Below are positions 9,049 through 19,119 of a DNA stretch of 64,000 nucleotides, piece after piece. The position numbers were made by a program, and so were the translations under genes. Below the pieces are notes generated by a model. It saw nothing but the letters and a program-made list of their open reading frames with translations. It ran no database searches and was not told the DNA's origin. Positions within the stretch are counted from its first letter, which is position 1. Every line of letters begins with the position of its first letter. Origin of the DNA: a virus; the IMG/VR virus record IMGVR_UViG_3300037246_000452, positions 25,219 through 89,218 of that record, one strand, 5' to 3'.

Positions 9049-11010
9049 CTATTCATCCTCACCCTCTTCCATGTCCTCTACTTCCGCTGCTTTCATGTTG
9101 TCCTTCTTAACCATCTCTATTACTGAGTTCGGTATCTGAGATGGGTTTAGCTTATGCCTTATCCATAGCTCAGTCCTCATCGTAAGTCCATATACAACAC
9201 CGGCCACAGCATCGGCCACATCGTTACTACCGTTTGGTGGATGATCTATCTTTCCGGTCTTAGGGTCTTTCTCAAGAGAGACAAATTCCTTCCGTAGCTT
9301 ATCATGCCGGGGGATTATTAACCTTCTATCATAGAGTGCTGTCTTCGTCATATAGTAAGGCGCTGACGGTACTGAATCAATCGATTGCTGGCCGGTTATG
9401 AATCCCTTCTGTCTGAGTATTTGCTGAGAGTCCCTAGACTGGTACTGGTCAAAGCTTACCCACTGGATATTGAGTCCGAGTTGTTTCAGTTTATACAGCA
9501 TAGCCCTGATCTTTCCGAATATAATCTCACCGTTCTTTGGTGGACTTACCTCCAGAGTGCCATCCAAATGTATCTCTGGCAGTATCTCTTCAACATCCCC
9601 TCGATCTATATTCACAAACCTCTTTACATGGCCTATAGCTATACCCGCACTGTCTCCTGTCACTGCAAGGTCGATATGCACCCAGCGAGGCTCATCAGGT
9701 CTTACAAACATATCTGGGAGCAGACTTAGCTTGACGTTCTTGAAGTCCACCTTCTCATTATTAAAGATGGAATATATCTCATCTGACATGGCCTCACTAA
9801 CAGCTTCAGTCTCCAGTATAAACGGATGCCTTGCAAGGGTGGATACTCCCGCAATCTCTCGAAGGGCATCAATAATGTCTGTCTCAAATTCGGGCTTGAA
9901 CTCTATCGGAATATCCTTGACTAACTCCGCGTCATCCTCATGTACTTCCTCCCCTTCCTCAAGCATTCTGGGCTTTCTGGCATCATCTCCTATAAATACT
10001 CTAAACCATATCCCTAGAAAGTCATCTGGCTTAATATCCCACACTCTTTTATCATAAACGTATATCTGGGATGTCCCCTTCTCAGCTACTTCCTTATCCC
10101 TCTCCGCCTCTTTTATGTCTGTGAACTGTCCCGGGTACCTCTTCGATGAGACTAGACAAAGGATGCCGGGGAGTTTACCTGCCTTCAGGAAACGTGACTT
10201 CCTTCTACGTGCAATGGAGTTATACACTGCTACGGCCTGATCATATGTTCCTCCATCAACACTTGCCTTCGAGTTCTCCGTTACTGACATGTAGTTCAGT
10301 TCATCTATCAGTCCCCCGATAACATTCTGTCCAATGGCTGCTGAGTCCGAACCTGATACAGGCTTGACTATAATTCTATTCGGAAACCTCATCTCTGACT
10401 CCAGATTCCTGTCGAAGGGAAACTCATTCTGGAAATAAGGACTCTTCTGAATCATATCCTTGAACCTCATGAAGTCAACCCCCTTAGCCAGTGCTGCCGT
10501 GATACTCTGGAATATAAACTCAATCTCGTGCGATGAGTCCAGCCCAAACTCTGCGTGGGGGTTCCTCATACAAGACAACAGGTACACCTGATAAGCATTG
10601 AGGTATATTGCTATTGTAGTTTTAGCTGACCCGATTCCGCCAGTAAGTACTACCTCTATATACTTACCCGAACTCATCTCCTCAATATAATCCATTACAA
10701 TAGGATACACTTCGTTACCTTTGTTCAGAAAGTAAGGGTCTTCTACAAACTGCCTTACTGATACAGGTTGCGTTCTCCATTTGATGTTCTTCTTCATATG
10801 AGCAAACGTATTATTCCCTGCATGTAGGCCGGCCAGATCAAGTACAACACTCTTGAAGAACTTCTCCCTCAGTGCTGGCTTGCCTATCTCCATGCCCACT
10901 TTATATACAGCCTCACCTCTATCTCCCCCTAACGCTTCTATCAGGAATTCCTTTGCATGGGTCTCACTTACTTTCTTAGTTAACATCGATTGGCTCCTCC
11001 AACTTCCCAT
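9049..11010 (-). CDS. terL: terminase large subunit
   Basis: Walker A-like GGIGSAKT, Walker B GLIDE, motif III LVSS, RNase H-like nuclease HIDLA...FDQYQS...DHP..GSNDVADA. Confidence 0.9.
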   Translation of the reverse strand: MGSWRSQSMLTKKVSETHAKEFLIEALGGDRGEAVYKVGMEIGKPALREKFFKSVVLDLAGLHAGNNTFAHMKKNIKWRTQPVSVRQFVEDPYFLNKGNEVYPIVMDYIEEMSSGKYIEVVLTGGIGSAKTTIAIYLNAYQVYLLSCMRNPHAEFGLDSSHEIEFIFQSITAALAKGVDFMRFKDMIQKSPYFQNEFPFDRNLESEMRFPNRIIVKPVSGSDSAAIGQNVIGGLIDELNYMSVTENSKASVDGGTYDQAVAVYNSIARRRKSRFLKAGKLPGILCLVSSKRYPGQFTDIKEAERDKEVAEKGTSQIYVYDKRVWDIKPDDFLGIWFRVFIGDDARKPRMLEEGEEVHEDDAELVKDIPIEFKPEFETDIIDALREIAGVSTLARHPFILETEAVSEAMSDEIYSIFNNEKVDFKNVKLSLLPDMFVRPDEPRWVHIDLAVTGDSAGIAIGHVKRFVNIDRGDVEEILPEIHLDGTLEVSPPKNGEIIFGKIRAMLYKLKQLGLNIQWVSFDQYQSRDSQQILRQKGFITGQQSIDSVPSAPYYMTKTALYDRRLIIPRHDKLRKEFVSLEKDPKTGKIDHPPNGSNDVADAVAGVVYGLTMRTELWIRHKLNPSQIPNSVIEMVKKDNMKAAEVEDMEEGEDE

Positions 11011-11623
11011 ACTTAAAAATTTCTATAACTTTCTGTGTAGCTATGGCCAGTTGTTCATTATCTTCCTTTGACTCCACATGGAGCTGTTGTACTTCGGTGT
11101 CCGTCATAGAGAACGACCCTATCAGATGTTTCTGTATTGGCGCCACCTTCTTAAGTAATCCCAGATCAAACTGGAGGTCCGAAAGCTGATTTAGTAAGTC
11201 CTTCATAAGACCCATCTCTTTCCGCATAGCATCAAATAGCAGGGGGGCTCCGTGTTCCTTATTGTACAGCTTCTGCATCCTCATCATCTGCATCTCTACA
11301 AGCTCCGTGAGAGCCGTATGGGCATCTATCCTCTTATCTACAGGTGTGAAGATGGTCAGGGTGTCTACCTTGTCCTCTGTGCCCTTTGTGTCGCTTGGAA
11401 TCAGTACCTTACTATGCAAGTGAGGTGTGATTTTATCTTTCTTATACCTGACAAGCTGCTTCTGGAGTGTCCCCGGCTTCATATCAGTCAGTAACTTCCA
11501 CTCTTCTTGTATCTTCGCTACTACTTTGGGCGCACTGGTGTTTTTGATAAGCATAGACTCGATGATATCTAGCTTAGCCTGCCCCAGCCCTGTGAGTGTC
11601 TTGTACTGCCTTACTACAGCCAT
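10976..11623 (-). CDS. putative terminase small subunit
   Basis: Immediately upstream of and overlapping terL; helical 215-aa protein; positional inference only. Confidence 0.45.
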   Translation of the reverse strand: MAVVRQYKTLTGLGQAKLDIIESMLIKNTSAPKVVAKIQEEWKLLTDMKPGTLQKQLVRYKKDKITPHLHSKVLIPSDTKGTEDKVDTLTIFTPVDKRIDAHTALTELVEMQMMRMQKLYNKEHGAPLLFDAMRKEMGLMKDLLNQLSDLQFDLGLLKKVAPIQKHLIGSFSMTDTEVQQLHVESKEDNEQLAIATQKVIEIFKYGKLEEPIDVN

Positions 11624-11624
11624 C

Positions 11625-12458
11625 TTATCCTCCCATATTCTCTATCGTAGGGTCTACTCCATCCGCCAGCCCAGATATATCTACTTCTTTGGTTACTGAG
11701 AGCAACCTCTCCGACAGAGTGGGGTCATTTGCAATTAGTTGCACAGCTGCGGATAGTATATCATCTATTGACCTACTGTTAGCCTTACACATCTGACCTA
11801 AAGTCCTGAAGCCCTCCCTATCTTTAGCCTTCATCCTTAACCAGATATTCTCCTGCCCGTTGAAGTCAAAAATCATGTAGCCATAGTCCAGTGTATCTCC
11901 GAAGGTACTGAATAGGTGGTTCAACACTTTGCTCAGGTCATCTATAGTCTTGATCTCTTTTGCTGCCTGAGTAAACTCGGCTTGCATCTCCTTGGGAAGA
12001 CTCTTCTTGGTCTGTTTAATCAGTTTAGCAAACTCTGCATCATCTGCAAAACCGAAGGCATCCTGTAATAAGTCTTCTTCATACTTATCCGACACTGACT
12101 GATACATATTCATGAACTTCTCAGGGTCAAGCTTACCCCTGATCATATTCATCCTTACAACTTGAAAGGTCTCAGCATCCCCATCAAAGTTCGGGTCTGT
12201 AATCACCGTGCAGGGCACTGTCTCAAAGTCCAGATACTTAGCGGCCTCCCACCTGTGATGACCACCCACAATACGGTATGTTCCCTCATCAAGAGGTCTT
12301 ACAAAGATGGGGTCTACTATCCCTACCTGTGCATAGTTATCACAGAGCAGATCGAAAGATCGGGCATCCATCTTGTTCGGGTTGTTCTCATTCGGAACCA
12401 ACTGGTCTATAGGTAAGTCCACCCGCTTATGACTCTTTGTTAATTCTTTGGCATCCAT
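11625..12458 (-). CDS. ParB/Srx-like N-terminal domain protein
   Basis: L.PNENNPN...G.VDPIFVRP....YRIVGGHHRWEAAK.L....VP. Confidence 0.85.
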   Translation of the reverse strand: MDAKELTKSHKRVDLPIDQLVPNENNPNKMDARSFDLLCDNYAQVGIVDPIFVRPLDEGTYRIVGGHHRWEAAKYLDFETVPCTVITDPNFDGDAETFQVVRMNMIRGKLDPEKFMNMYQSVSDKYEEDLLQDAFGFADDAEFAKLIKQTKKSLPKEMQAEFTQAAKEIKTIDDLSKVLNHLFSTFGDTLDYGYMIFDFNGQENIWLRMKAKDREGFRTLGQMCKANSRSIDDILSAAVQLIANDPTLSERLLSVTKEVDISGLADGVDPTIENMGG

Positions 12459-12459
12459 C

Positions 12460-13110
12460 TTAAACCTCCCTCAAAAAGTTTAATGTATATCCTTCTGCAT
12501 ACTTATGGCCACACTTGGCCCCAATCACTTTATGTACTGCTTCTATGTTTTCCATCGATCTTGGATGAACGCCACTCCTTGCCTCCCTCCGGTACTGCTC
12601 TATTGCAATTAATTTCACCATCAAGTCATTAGCAGTCATAGGGATGAAATAATTGGCACTGGTCGGTATTCCGTCAAACGCATGTGCTTCTAATATCCTG
12701 ACTACTCCCTGTAGGTTAGCAGGTCTTAGTGCTATCTTGCAAGCATGATTTAAAAATTTATGATCTTGGTTCATATCTGAGGCCGAGGGTATTACTACTT
12801 CGTGGGGACTAAAGGTACTTAATACTCCCTCTATCCTCTCCAGTATCTTATAGTAGCCTACTTGTGCCGGCTCTCCCTCGGTCAGGTTCATACATCTATG
12901 CAGCTGATAGCCCAGCTTCTCTTTAGCTTGCATAAAATCCAAGCACTGCTCTGCGTATGATTCATCCACGGTCTCCTTGCCATACTCATACACCCTACCG
13001 TACACTGTGAGTACAAATACTTCCCCGCCCTCACGAATTCTTCTAACAACTAAAGCCCCCGTTGAGAGGGCTTCGTCGTCCATATGTGCTGCTATTATTA
13101 AAGTTCTCAT
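12460..13110 (-). CDS. PIG-L/LmbE family deacetylase
   Basis: AAHMDDEALSTG metal motif, NQDH motif, C-terminal YAEGY. Confidence 0.85.
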   Translation of the reverse strand: MRTLIIAAHMDDEALSTGALVVRRIREGGEVFVLTVYGRVYEYGKETVDESYAEQCLDFMQAKEKLGYQLHRCMNLTEGEPAQVGYYKILERIEGVLSTFSPHEVVIPSASDMNQDHKFLNHACKIALRPANLQGVVRILEAHAFDGIPTSANYFIPMTANDLMVKLIAIEQYRREARSGVHPRSMENIEAVHKVIGAKCGHKYAEGYTLNFLREV

Positions 13111-13321
13111 CTTTACTCCCTATTGCTTGTTTAAGCTTGGACAAGTCTTCTGTGCTTTGTTATTTGTTGATACCTGTAGGCATAGCCAGCATTAACAAAT
13201 TCCTTTTCCGTGCCGGTAAAGTTTTTAGATTTAGAACTAAAGACCTGTTCGTACTGGAAAGGACTTACTTCTTTGTATCCTATGCTCTCTACGTCATCTG
13301 GTAATTGTGTCATTTTATCTC

Positions 13322-14419
13322 CTACTTAAAAGAGACCACCCATCTCCGTTTGTCGTTCAACCTCTTAATCTCCTTCTCTACTATGTCCCGGACATCTGCG
13401 AGTGACTCATTTGGAACTCCTCCCCACAGCATTAGTACCTCATCCTGCCTGTCCTTCAAATAAGAGAGGTGAGGTATTACCAACCTTCTGTCTACCTGTC
13501 CCCCCTCCACTACAAATACTGTTGACCCCATGGCATATACTGCCTTCTCTGAGGGTATTGCATCTATCACCTCATACTCTTTTCTGAGGCTGGTATAAAA
13601 TGCCTTCAGTGCGAACTTACCTTGCCTGTTGTGCATGTCCAGTGCTGCTCCCGACAATCCCTTCAGTCTTATCTCTATGGGCATATCATCTGGCTCTACC
13701 TCCCAACCACCCATGGTATTGTGTGACAACTCAAGGATGGGGGCCAGTGCTAAATGCATTGAGTCTACTGCTGATAACGTACACTGCTTAATTGCATGAT
13801 GATATTCCTCTGGCAACCTTTCACAGTATGCATCTATCACTTGCGTTAATCCGGGTATGTCCCTCTTCCTTCTCTGCTCGGTCTTCCTTGGTACAAATCC
13901 TGCCAGTGTACATATGGCAAGGTATCTCTCTTCCAGTGTCTCCGTACCATTTCCTTCCAGTGCCCAGCCTACCAACTCCTCAGTGGACATCTGTGAATAC
14001 CTGTTGTACTGAACTATCCCTTCTGTGGAGTAATCAACTGACACTGACAACTCACAACATATTCTGCTCTTGGGCGACTTACATGCTTCTTCTATGACGT
14101 GTGCAGTTAATGTCAAATCCCCCAAAGACATTCTTACCTTCTTATTCTTTGAGAAGGCCACCACCTGCCATACCAACTCTGGGTTACCTATGCTGATATC
14201 TTCTATGGTGATGATTGCCAACGATCTCCACAAATACGTGGGGTCATCGTTGTACAAGTACCCAGCACACTTTAATGCTGTTTCAACATCACCTCTCCGT
14301 ATAGCTTTCTGTAATCCACTCCTTACCAGCCACTTATTATCTGGATGAACCAATGCCCTTGGTACTATGGGTTTAACTCCTACCAACTGTTCCTGTACTT
14401 TGTGTAACACTTTCAACAT
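13322..14419 (-). CDS. protein resembling the RarA/MgsA C-terminal domain, no AAA domain
   Basis: SGLQKAIRRGD...DPTYLWRSLAIITIEDISIGNP resembles RarA S..HKS.RGSD..DP..I.RRL...A.ED.G.ADP; also ALDMH motif. Confidence 0.5.
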   Translation of the reverse strand: MLKVLHKVQEQLVGVKPIVPRALVHPDNKWLVRSGLQKAIRRGDVETALKCAGYLYNDDPTYLWRSLAIITIEDISIGNPELVWQVVAFSKNKKVRMSLGDLTLTAHVIEEACKSPKSRICCELSVSVDYSTEGIVQYNRYSQMSTEELVGWALEGNGTETLEERYLAICTLAGFVPRKTEQRRKRDIPGLTQVIDAYCERLPEEYHHAIKQCTLSAVDSMHLALAPILELSHNTMGGWEVEPDDMPIEIRLKGLSGAALDMHNRQGKFALKAFYTSLRKEYEVIDAIPSEKAVYAMGSTVFVVEGGQVDRRLVIPHLSYLKDRQDEVLMLWGGVPNESLADVRDIVEKEIKRLNDKRRWVVSFK

Positions 14420-14463
14420 ATACTAACCTCCATTGATGTAAATATAAATGTTTAATTGTGTAA

Positions 14464-14492
14464 AGCATACCATACTATAATAGTTTTGTCAA
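14464..14492 (-). promoter_or_regulatory. sigma70-type promoter
   Basis: TTGACA-17-TATGCT. Confidence 0.7.
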
Positions 14493-15463
14493 GTTAATTG
14501 TTGCTCCCACTCCCATGCATCCTGCACCATAGAGGTCAGGTCACTGTGCTCAGGCTCCCACCCGAAACGACTTCTTATCCTCTTATTGTCGGCCACTGCT
14601 CGGGCTACATCCCCCTCCCTCCTTGGGGCGTGTATAACAGGTAGCATCATACCAGTGACTCTCTCCACCTCAACTACCATATCTTCCACTGAATACCCCT
14701 CACCCGTTCCTACGTTTAAGGTAATAGATGGGGTGTCCTCCTCTAAATACCTTACAGCCTGAATATGAGCCTCCGATACATCCTTTACATGGACATAATC
14801 GCGTAAGCATGTGCCGTCTGGGGTGTCATAGTCCGTACCGTAAATAGAAAGCTCTGACTTATTCTTAATGGCGTTGAAACAATTCTTTAGCAGGTGGGTT
14901 GCTTTGGGGTTGCGGGGGCCAATACCATTTACAAGGTCAGCTCCCAGCACATTGAAATACCTCAGGATTGCATACTTGATACCTATACGATCTGCCGCAC
15001 TGGTTATCATCTGCTCTCCCACCATCTTGGTCATGCCATAAGGATTGCTAGGGTTCAAAGGTGTAATTTCTGTCAGGGTCATACTACTTTTAGTTGCCCC
15101 ATACACTGCTGCCGTGCTGGAGAATATCAAGCGTTTAACACTTGTGCAGTTAATTGCACTGAGCAATGCGATTACTCCTCCGATGTTATTCTCATAATAC
15201 TTCAAGGGGTCTTCGACTGATTCCGGGGCTGAGAGGCTGGCAGCAAACATCATTACTGTATCTACTTTGTACTCATTAATCACTGACCTTACTCTGTCCA
15301 CCTCCTGAACTCTGGCTACCACACACCTAACATGCTTGGGGAGACTCGCAGGGTGGCCGGTTGAAAGGTCGTCGATCACTACAACTTCTTCCCCTTGATT
15401 TACTAGCTGGTGTACTACTGTACTGCCGATATACCCTGCCCCTCCTACTACTAATGTACTCAT
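14489..15463 (-). CDS. galE: UDP-glucose 4-epimerase
   Basis: GGAGYIGS, FSSTAAVYG, YGMTK (YxxxK), LRYFN, DYDTPDGTCLRDYVHV. Confidence 0.93.
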   Translation of the reverse strand: MSTLVVGGAGYIGSTVVHQLVNQGEEVVVIDDLSTGHPASLPKHVRCVVARVQEVDRVRSVINEYKVDTVMMFAASLSAPESVEDPLKYYENNIGGVIALLSAINCTSVKRLIFSSTAAVYGATKSSMTLTEITPLNPSNPYGMTKMVGEQMITSAADRIGIKYAILRYFNVLGADLVNGIGPRNPKATHLLKNCFNAIKNKSELSIYGTDYDTPDGTCLRDYVHVKDVSEAHIQAVRYLEEDTPSITLNVGTGEGYSVEDMVVEVERVTGMMLPVIHAPRREGDVARAVADNKRIRSRFGWEPEHSDLTSMVQDAWEWEQQLT

Positions 15464-15532
15464 GTCTTATACTCCTTAATTGACTGACTCATGTAAAGTG
15501 TTGGTATACAACAACTTTCAATATCGGGGTCT

Positions 15533-15568
15533 ATGTCTTACTAATGTCTTGTCTTATGTCTTAAGACA
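15533..15568. repeat. short (A)TGTCTT repeat cluster ending in palindrome TGTCTTAAGACA
   Basis: atgtctta ctaatgtctt gtctt atgtctt aagaca; one more copy over the galE start codon. Confidence 0.6.
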
Positions 15569-15592
15569 CTATATATAATACCCTATGACATA

Positions 15593-15817
15593 TCAAGTCT
15601 TTTCTTTCTTCTGTTCTTTATACCACTCGGTAAACTGTTCTAGGTTGCCTCTATAGAATAGGCAGTTACAGTGAGTTGTTTCATTACAAGCATCATGCAA
15701 TACATCGAAGCAATAGTTGGCTTGCATAGTTGATATATCATCTTTCTCTACCTCGGAACTATCCTCTACGGTACTTCCTGTTTGAGTGGGTATATTTAAC
15801 CCTTTATACTTTTTCAT
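15593..15817 (-). CDS. small Cys-rich protein, paralog of 17711..17983
   Basis: MKKYKG..IP.Q ... C.CLF...NLEQF..WY. Confidence 0.6.
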   Translation of the reverse strand: MKKYKGLNIPTQTGSTVEDSSEVEKDDISTMQANYCFDVLHDACNETTHCNCLFYRGNLEQFTEWYKEQKKEKT

Positions 15818-16542
15818 TCTTCCTCCTTAACCGATCTTCTTTAACATTTTCAACTTCGATTCTATCTGCCGTACTCCTATGGATAGGTTTCCTATAATGT
15901 TCCGATAAAATACGCTATCTCTAAGCGACTGACACCCTACACTACCCATGTCCCTTTGTAGTACGTCTCTGGCTCTTATAGTCATCTTGAGTTCTTTCTC
16001 ATAACTCTCTATCCTATCCCTTCGTTCTTCTTTATCTCCCCAACCTGTGCAATCTTTATTCATCCCGCCAACTCCTTTATACTTTCCTTGCTTCCGTTAG
16101 TAATCCTCTCTGTCTCTTAATGATCTTATTATATAGCATTCGTTCTATTGGACATGTGAGCTTACTCATAGTATGTTCTAAGGTTAATATTATTCTTACT
16201 AAGGCTCTTATAATCGCTCTATCTTTATCTGTTCTTTCCTTCTCCGCACCCATCAGCCCTCCGCTCCCGACTTACCATTGGCTGTTATCCTCTCCAGTAT
16301 AGAAGGACTACAACTTATTATCCGCAGACTATCTTTATCTACAACCTTCGGCCCAAACACTGATAACATTAACTCACCTATATGACTAGCCCACTGAGCT
16401 ATTATAATATCCCCCGTGGCACTGTCCCGGTACTTAGTCATACCATTCCATGTTTCTTCCTCTATGAAGCCATTGAATTCCACCCCATTAATGAGAAAGT
16501 CATATGCTGCTCTCTTTCTGTTTACCTGTATCTCTATCTTAC

Positions 16543-17007
16543 TCATAATCCCTCCATCTGGGTTAGGCATACAACCAGCCTATCTCTTGTTAATGGGTTA
16601 AGGTTCATTGAGAAGGCTTCTTTCTCATAGTAGCTTCTTGCTGTATCTCCGAACTTCCTACTCATGCCTCGCCAGTCCGCTACCATTTGTCGTATGTACT
16701 TATGAGGCATTGGTTTAGCATGGCCTTCTTTGTCTACCCAATGGTTCCAGTGATGTTTATTTCTTCCATAATGTAAGGCCCACGCCTTCCTGAAATCTTC
16801 ATCTATTAACTTCTGCCCCGCCACACCCGTTTCCCAATCTACAGGGCAGTAGAACTTCCATGCGTAAGGGAAGAACTCAGCTGGCAGGAACTTTGACAGG
16901 TCATGTGTTATAGCATGCCAGTACAATCCCATCTTCCAAGCCTCTATCCCCACATTCTTCTTATGCTCTAAAATATACATCAGGTAGTGCCAATACATTC
17001 TTATCAT
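16543..17007 (-). CDS. DUF5662-like HD-fold protein
   Basis: HK..V...HDLSKF...EF..Y...AWALHY..NKHHW....M.ADW. Confidence 0.75.
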   Translation of the reverse strand: MIRMYWHYLMYILEHKKNVGIEAWKMGLYWHAITHDLSKFLPAEFFPYAWKFYCPVDWETGVAGQKLIDEDFRKAWALHYGRNKHHWNHWVDKEGHAKPMPHKYIRQMVADWRGMSRKFGDTARSYYEKEAFSMNLNPLTRDRLVVCLTQMEGL

Positions 17008-17710
17008 AATACCATCCCCCGGGAATACCCGTTATATATTGCATCTAACTTATGAGCCCTTGCTCTACCTTTGTTTATCCTTGCAATCTCCTTGTAATAG
17101 GCTTCCCAACTCATAGAACATTTCTTCAGGTCAATATTTAGGGAGTGATGAAACTCGTCTCCCTCTATTACATAGTAGAACCAATACCTATCCCTCGCCC
17201 ACTGTATTACTTCTTTGAAGTCCCGCCAAACCTTTGCTATCCTTGCACCGTAGATAGTCTCGAATACTATAAATAGAGTGAGTACTACTAGGACTAATAT
17301 AAAAATAAACCATATCCTACTTAGCCATAATGTATATACTGCAATCATGCTTCCCTCCTTGGTTTGCATCGATGTAGGGTAATTCTTTTGTTTTCATCCC
17401 TTGCCCTTATATACCTTGGACAACTATCGGCTCCTGACCTCATGACCTTATGAGTACATCGATCTCCTTCCCTCCAGATACATTCATTATACCCACGCTC
17501 TACCTTATCTCCCTCAAGCAGTGGTTGCTTTAAGAATGGTCCTTCCATTACTTCCAGAGGTAATATCTCCTGACTACCCGGCCCCAACTTAGTAGGATTC
17601 TTACTATCCTGAGCCTCCAGCTTCTTAAGTCTATTATCTAAGTCGTCAATTAAATCAAAGAGTGCTGAGAATCCGCCCCACTTCCTGACTTCTTTAGTAA
17701 TACTCATAGG

Positions 17711-17983
17711 CTAATCTCCAGATGTTTGATCAGATTCAACGCTTCTGCCTGAGGCCTTATCTCTGCTTACTTTAGCTGCCCGGGCATCGAACCATGGAAC
17801 ATACTGCTCAATATTCTTCTCATCGAATAGGCAGACACTACAGTCTTGTACCCCTTTAGCCTTCTCAGGGCAGTCCTTAAGCTCCACCTTATTACAATCA
17901 AGGCATTGCTCTGTTTCATAACATAATGAATCTCCCTTGTTCTTGTTCTGTGCTGGTACAAATTTTCCTTTAAACTTTTTCAT
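17711..17983 (-). CDS. small Cys-rich protein, paralog of 15593..15817
   Basis: MKKFKG..VP.Q ... C..CLF...NIEQY..WF. Confidence 0.6.
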   Translation of the reverse strand: MKKFKGKFVPAQNKNKGDSLCYETEQCLDCNKVELKDCPEKAKGVQDCSVCLFDEKNIEQYVPWFDARAAKVSRDKASGRSVESDQTSGD

Positions 17984-18436
17984 GATTTACCCTCCTTCAA
18001 CTCTTTAATTAATTCATGAACCCACTCAATCTTAACAGACCATTTCACTTTACTTCTTTCAACGTGTAGCGTGAAGCAGTCAATCATATAATCTACTGCC
18101 TGTTGATTTGCCCAGGTATTAACCGCCCGGAGCTTAGCCAATACCTGAGCCCTCCTACCCCTTAGGATAGAGAAGCCAGCATGTTTAACTCCATGGCAGT
18201 CAGGGCATAAGGCCTGTATGCCTACCAGTACCTGTTGTCTTTTCTTATCATCATAATACCAGACTTCGTGAGCCTCTACTGGATGTGCTCTTCCTTTACC
18301 CCCACATATCTCACACTTATACCCCGCCAGTTTGTAGCAATGCCTTCTAATCAAGTCCCATTCACTCTTTTTTGAGCATGGTACGAAGATTCTTTTTCTG
18401 TACTCCGTCTGGTACTAATTCAATTGATAATTTCAC
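17980..18436 (-). pseudogene. HNH/zinc-finger nuclease gene with an apparent +1 frameshift in an A6 run
   Basis: GTG start gives MKLSIELVPDGVQKKNLRTMLKK; removing one A joins it to SEWDLIRRHCY..CEIC..EAHEVW..LCPDCH..KH. Confidence 0.65.
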
Positions 18437-19050
18437 CTCGATCTCCTTGGCTGGGTCACCGCTTTCTCTAAGGGCCATCCTAATTTTAATCTTTTATATA
18501 TAATGCCTCGGGGGAATCCTTGCTGTTCTTCTAGTTCAGTAACAGCTATCTTTTTACCTTCCCATTCCACAAAGACAGTTGATTTCTTATTACGTTGATT
18601 CTTTTTATTGCTTAGCCATCTACAGTTATTTGGCTCATAATTACCGTCATTATCTTCCCTGTCTATAGTGATTCTACTCCCTTTGGGTCTATCCCCCATA
18701 TCTTTGAGAAAATTCTCAAACTTTAGCCACTTAGTACAAACTGTAATTCCTCGGCCACCATAGTTACTGTAACCTTCTCTGTTATTATTGGTACATCTTT
18801 GAATCATGTTATGCCACGAGTTGTAGGTTCCACTTGTAACTCCTGCTTTGGTATGTCCGTGCTTTCTAGCCTCTCTCTTCCAACAACCGCATGATATAGT
18901 CTTACCATTTTTAAGAGCTATTTTAGTGGCTACAGTTGTAGTTCCACAATCACACTTACAAACATATGCTATGTTACGGCCAACTTTTGTTTCCTCAACT
19001 ACTGTTAATCTACCATATTTCTTTGTTGTATCGAAAAAAATACGCCTCAT
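18433..19050 (-). CDS. HNH homing endonuclease
   Basis: YGRLTV..CKCDCG..SCGC; W..M..RC..YGGRGI.VC..W..F.NF..DMG.RP....DR.DND..Y.P.NCRW; own promoter TTGACA-17-TATACT at 19080-19108. Confidence 0.85.
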   Translation of the reverse strand: MRRIFFDTTKKYGRLTVVEETKVGRNIAYVCKCDCGTTTVATKIALKNGKTISCGCWKREARKHGHTKAGVTSGTYNSWHNMIQRCTNNNREGYSNYGGRGITVCTKWLKFENFLKDMGDRPKGSRITIDREDNDGNYEPNNCRWLSNKKNQRNKKSTVFVEWEGKKIAVTELEEQQGFPRGIIYKRLKLGWPLEKAVTQPRRSR

Positions 19051-19119
19051 GATACACCTCCAATTTTTAATTATAAATCAGTATACCATGAGGCGTTAAT
19101 TATGTCAATCTATACTTGG

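Noticed and set aside
13131-13313. 60-aa ORF as a WbqC or glycosyltransferase fragment
   Set aside because: No convincing motif could be recognised
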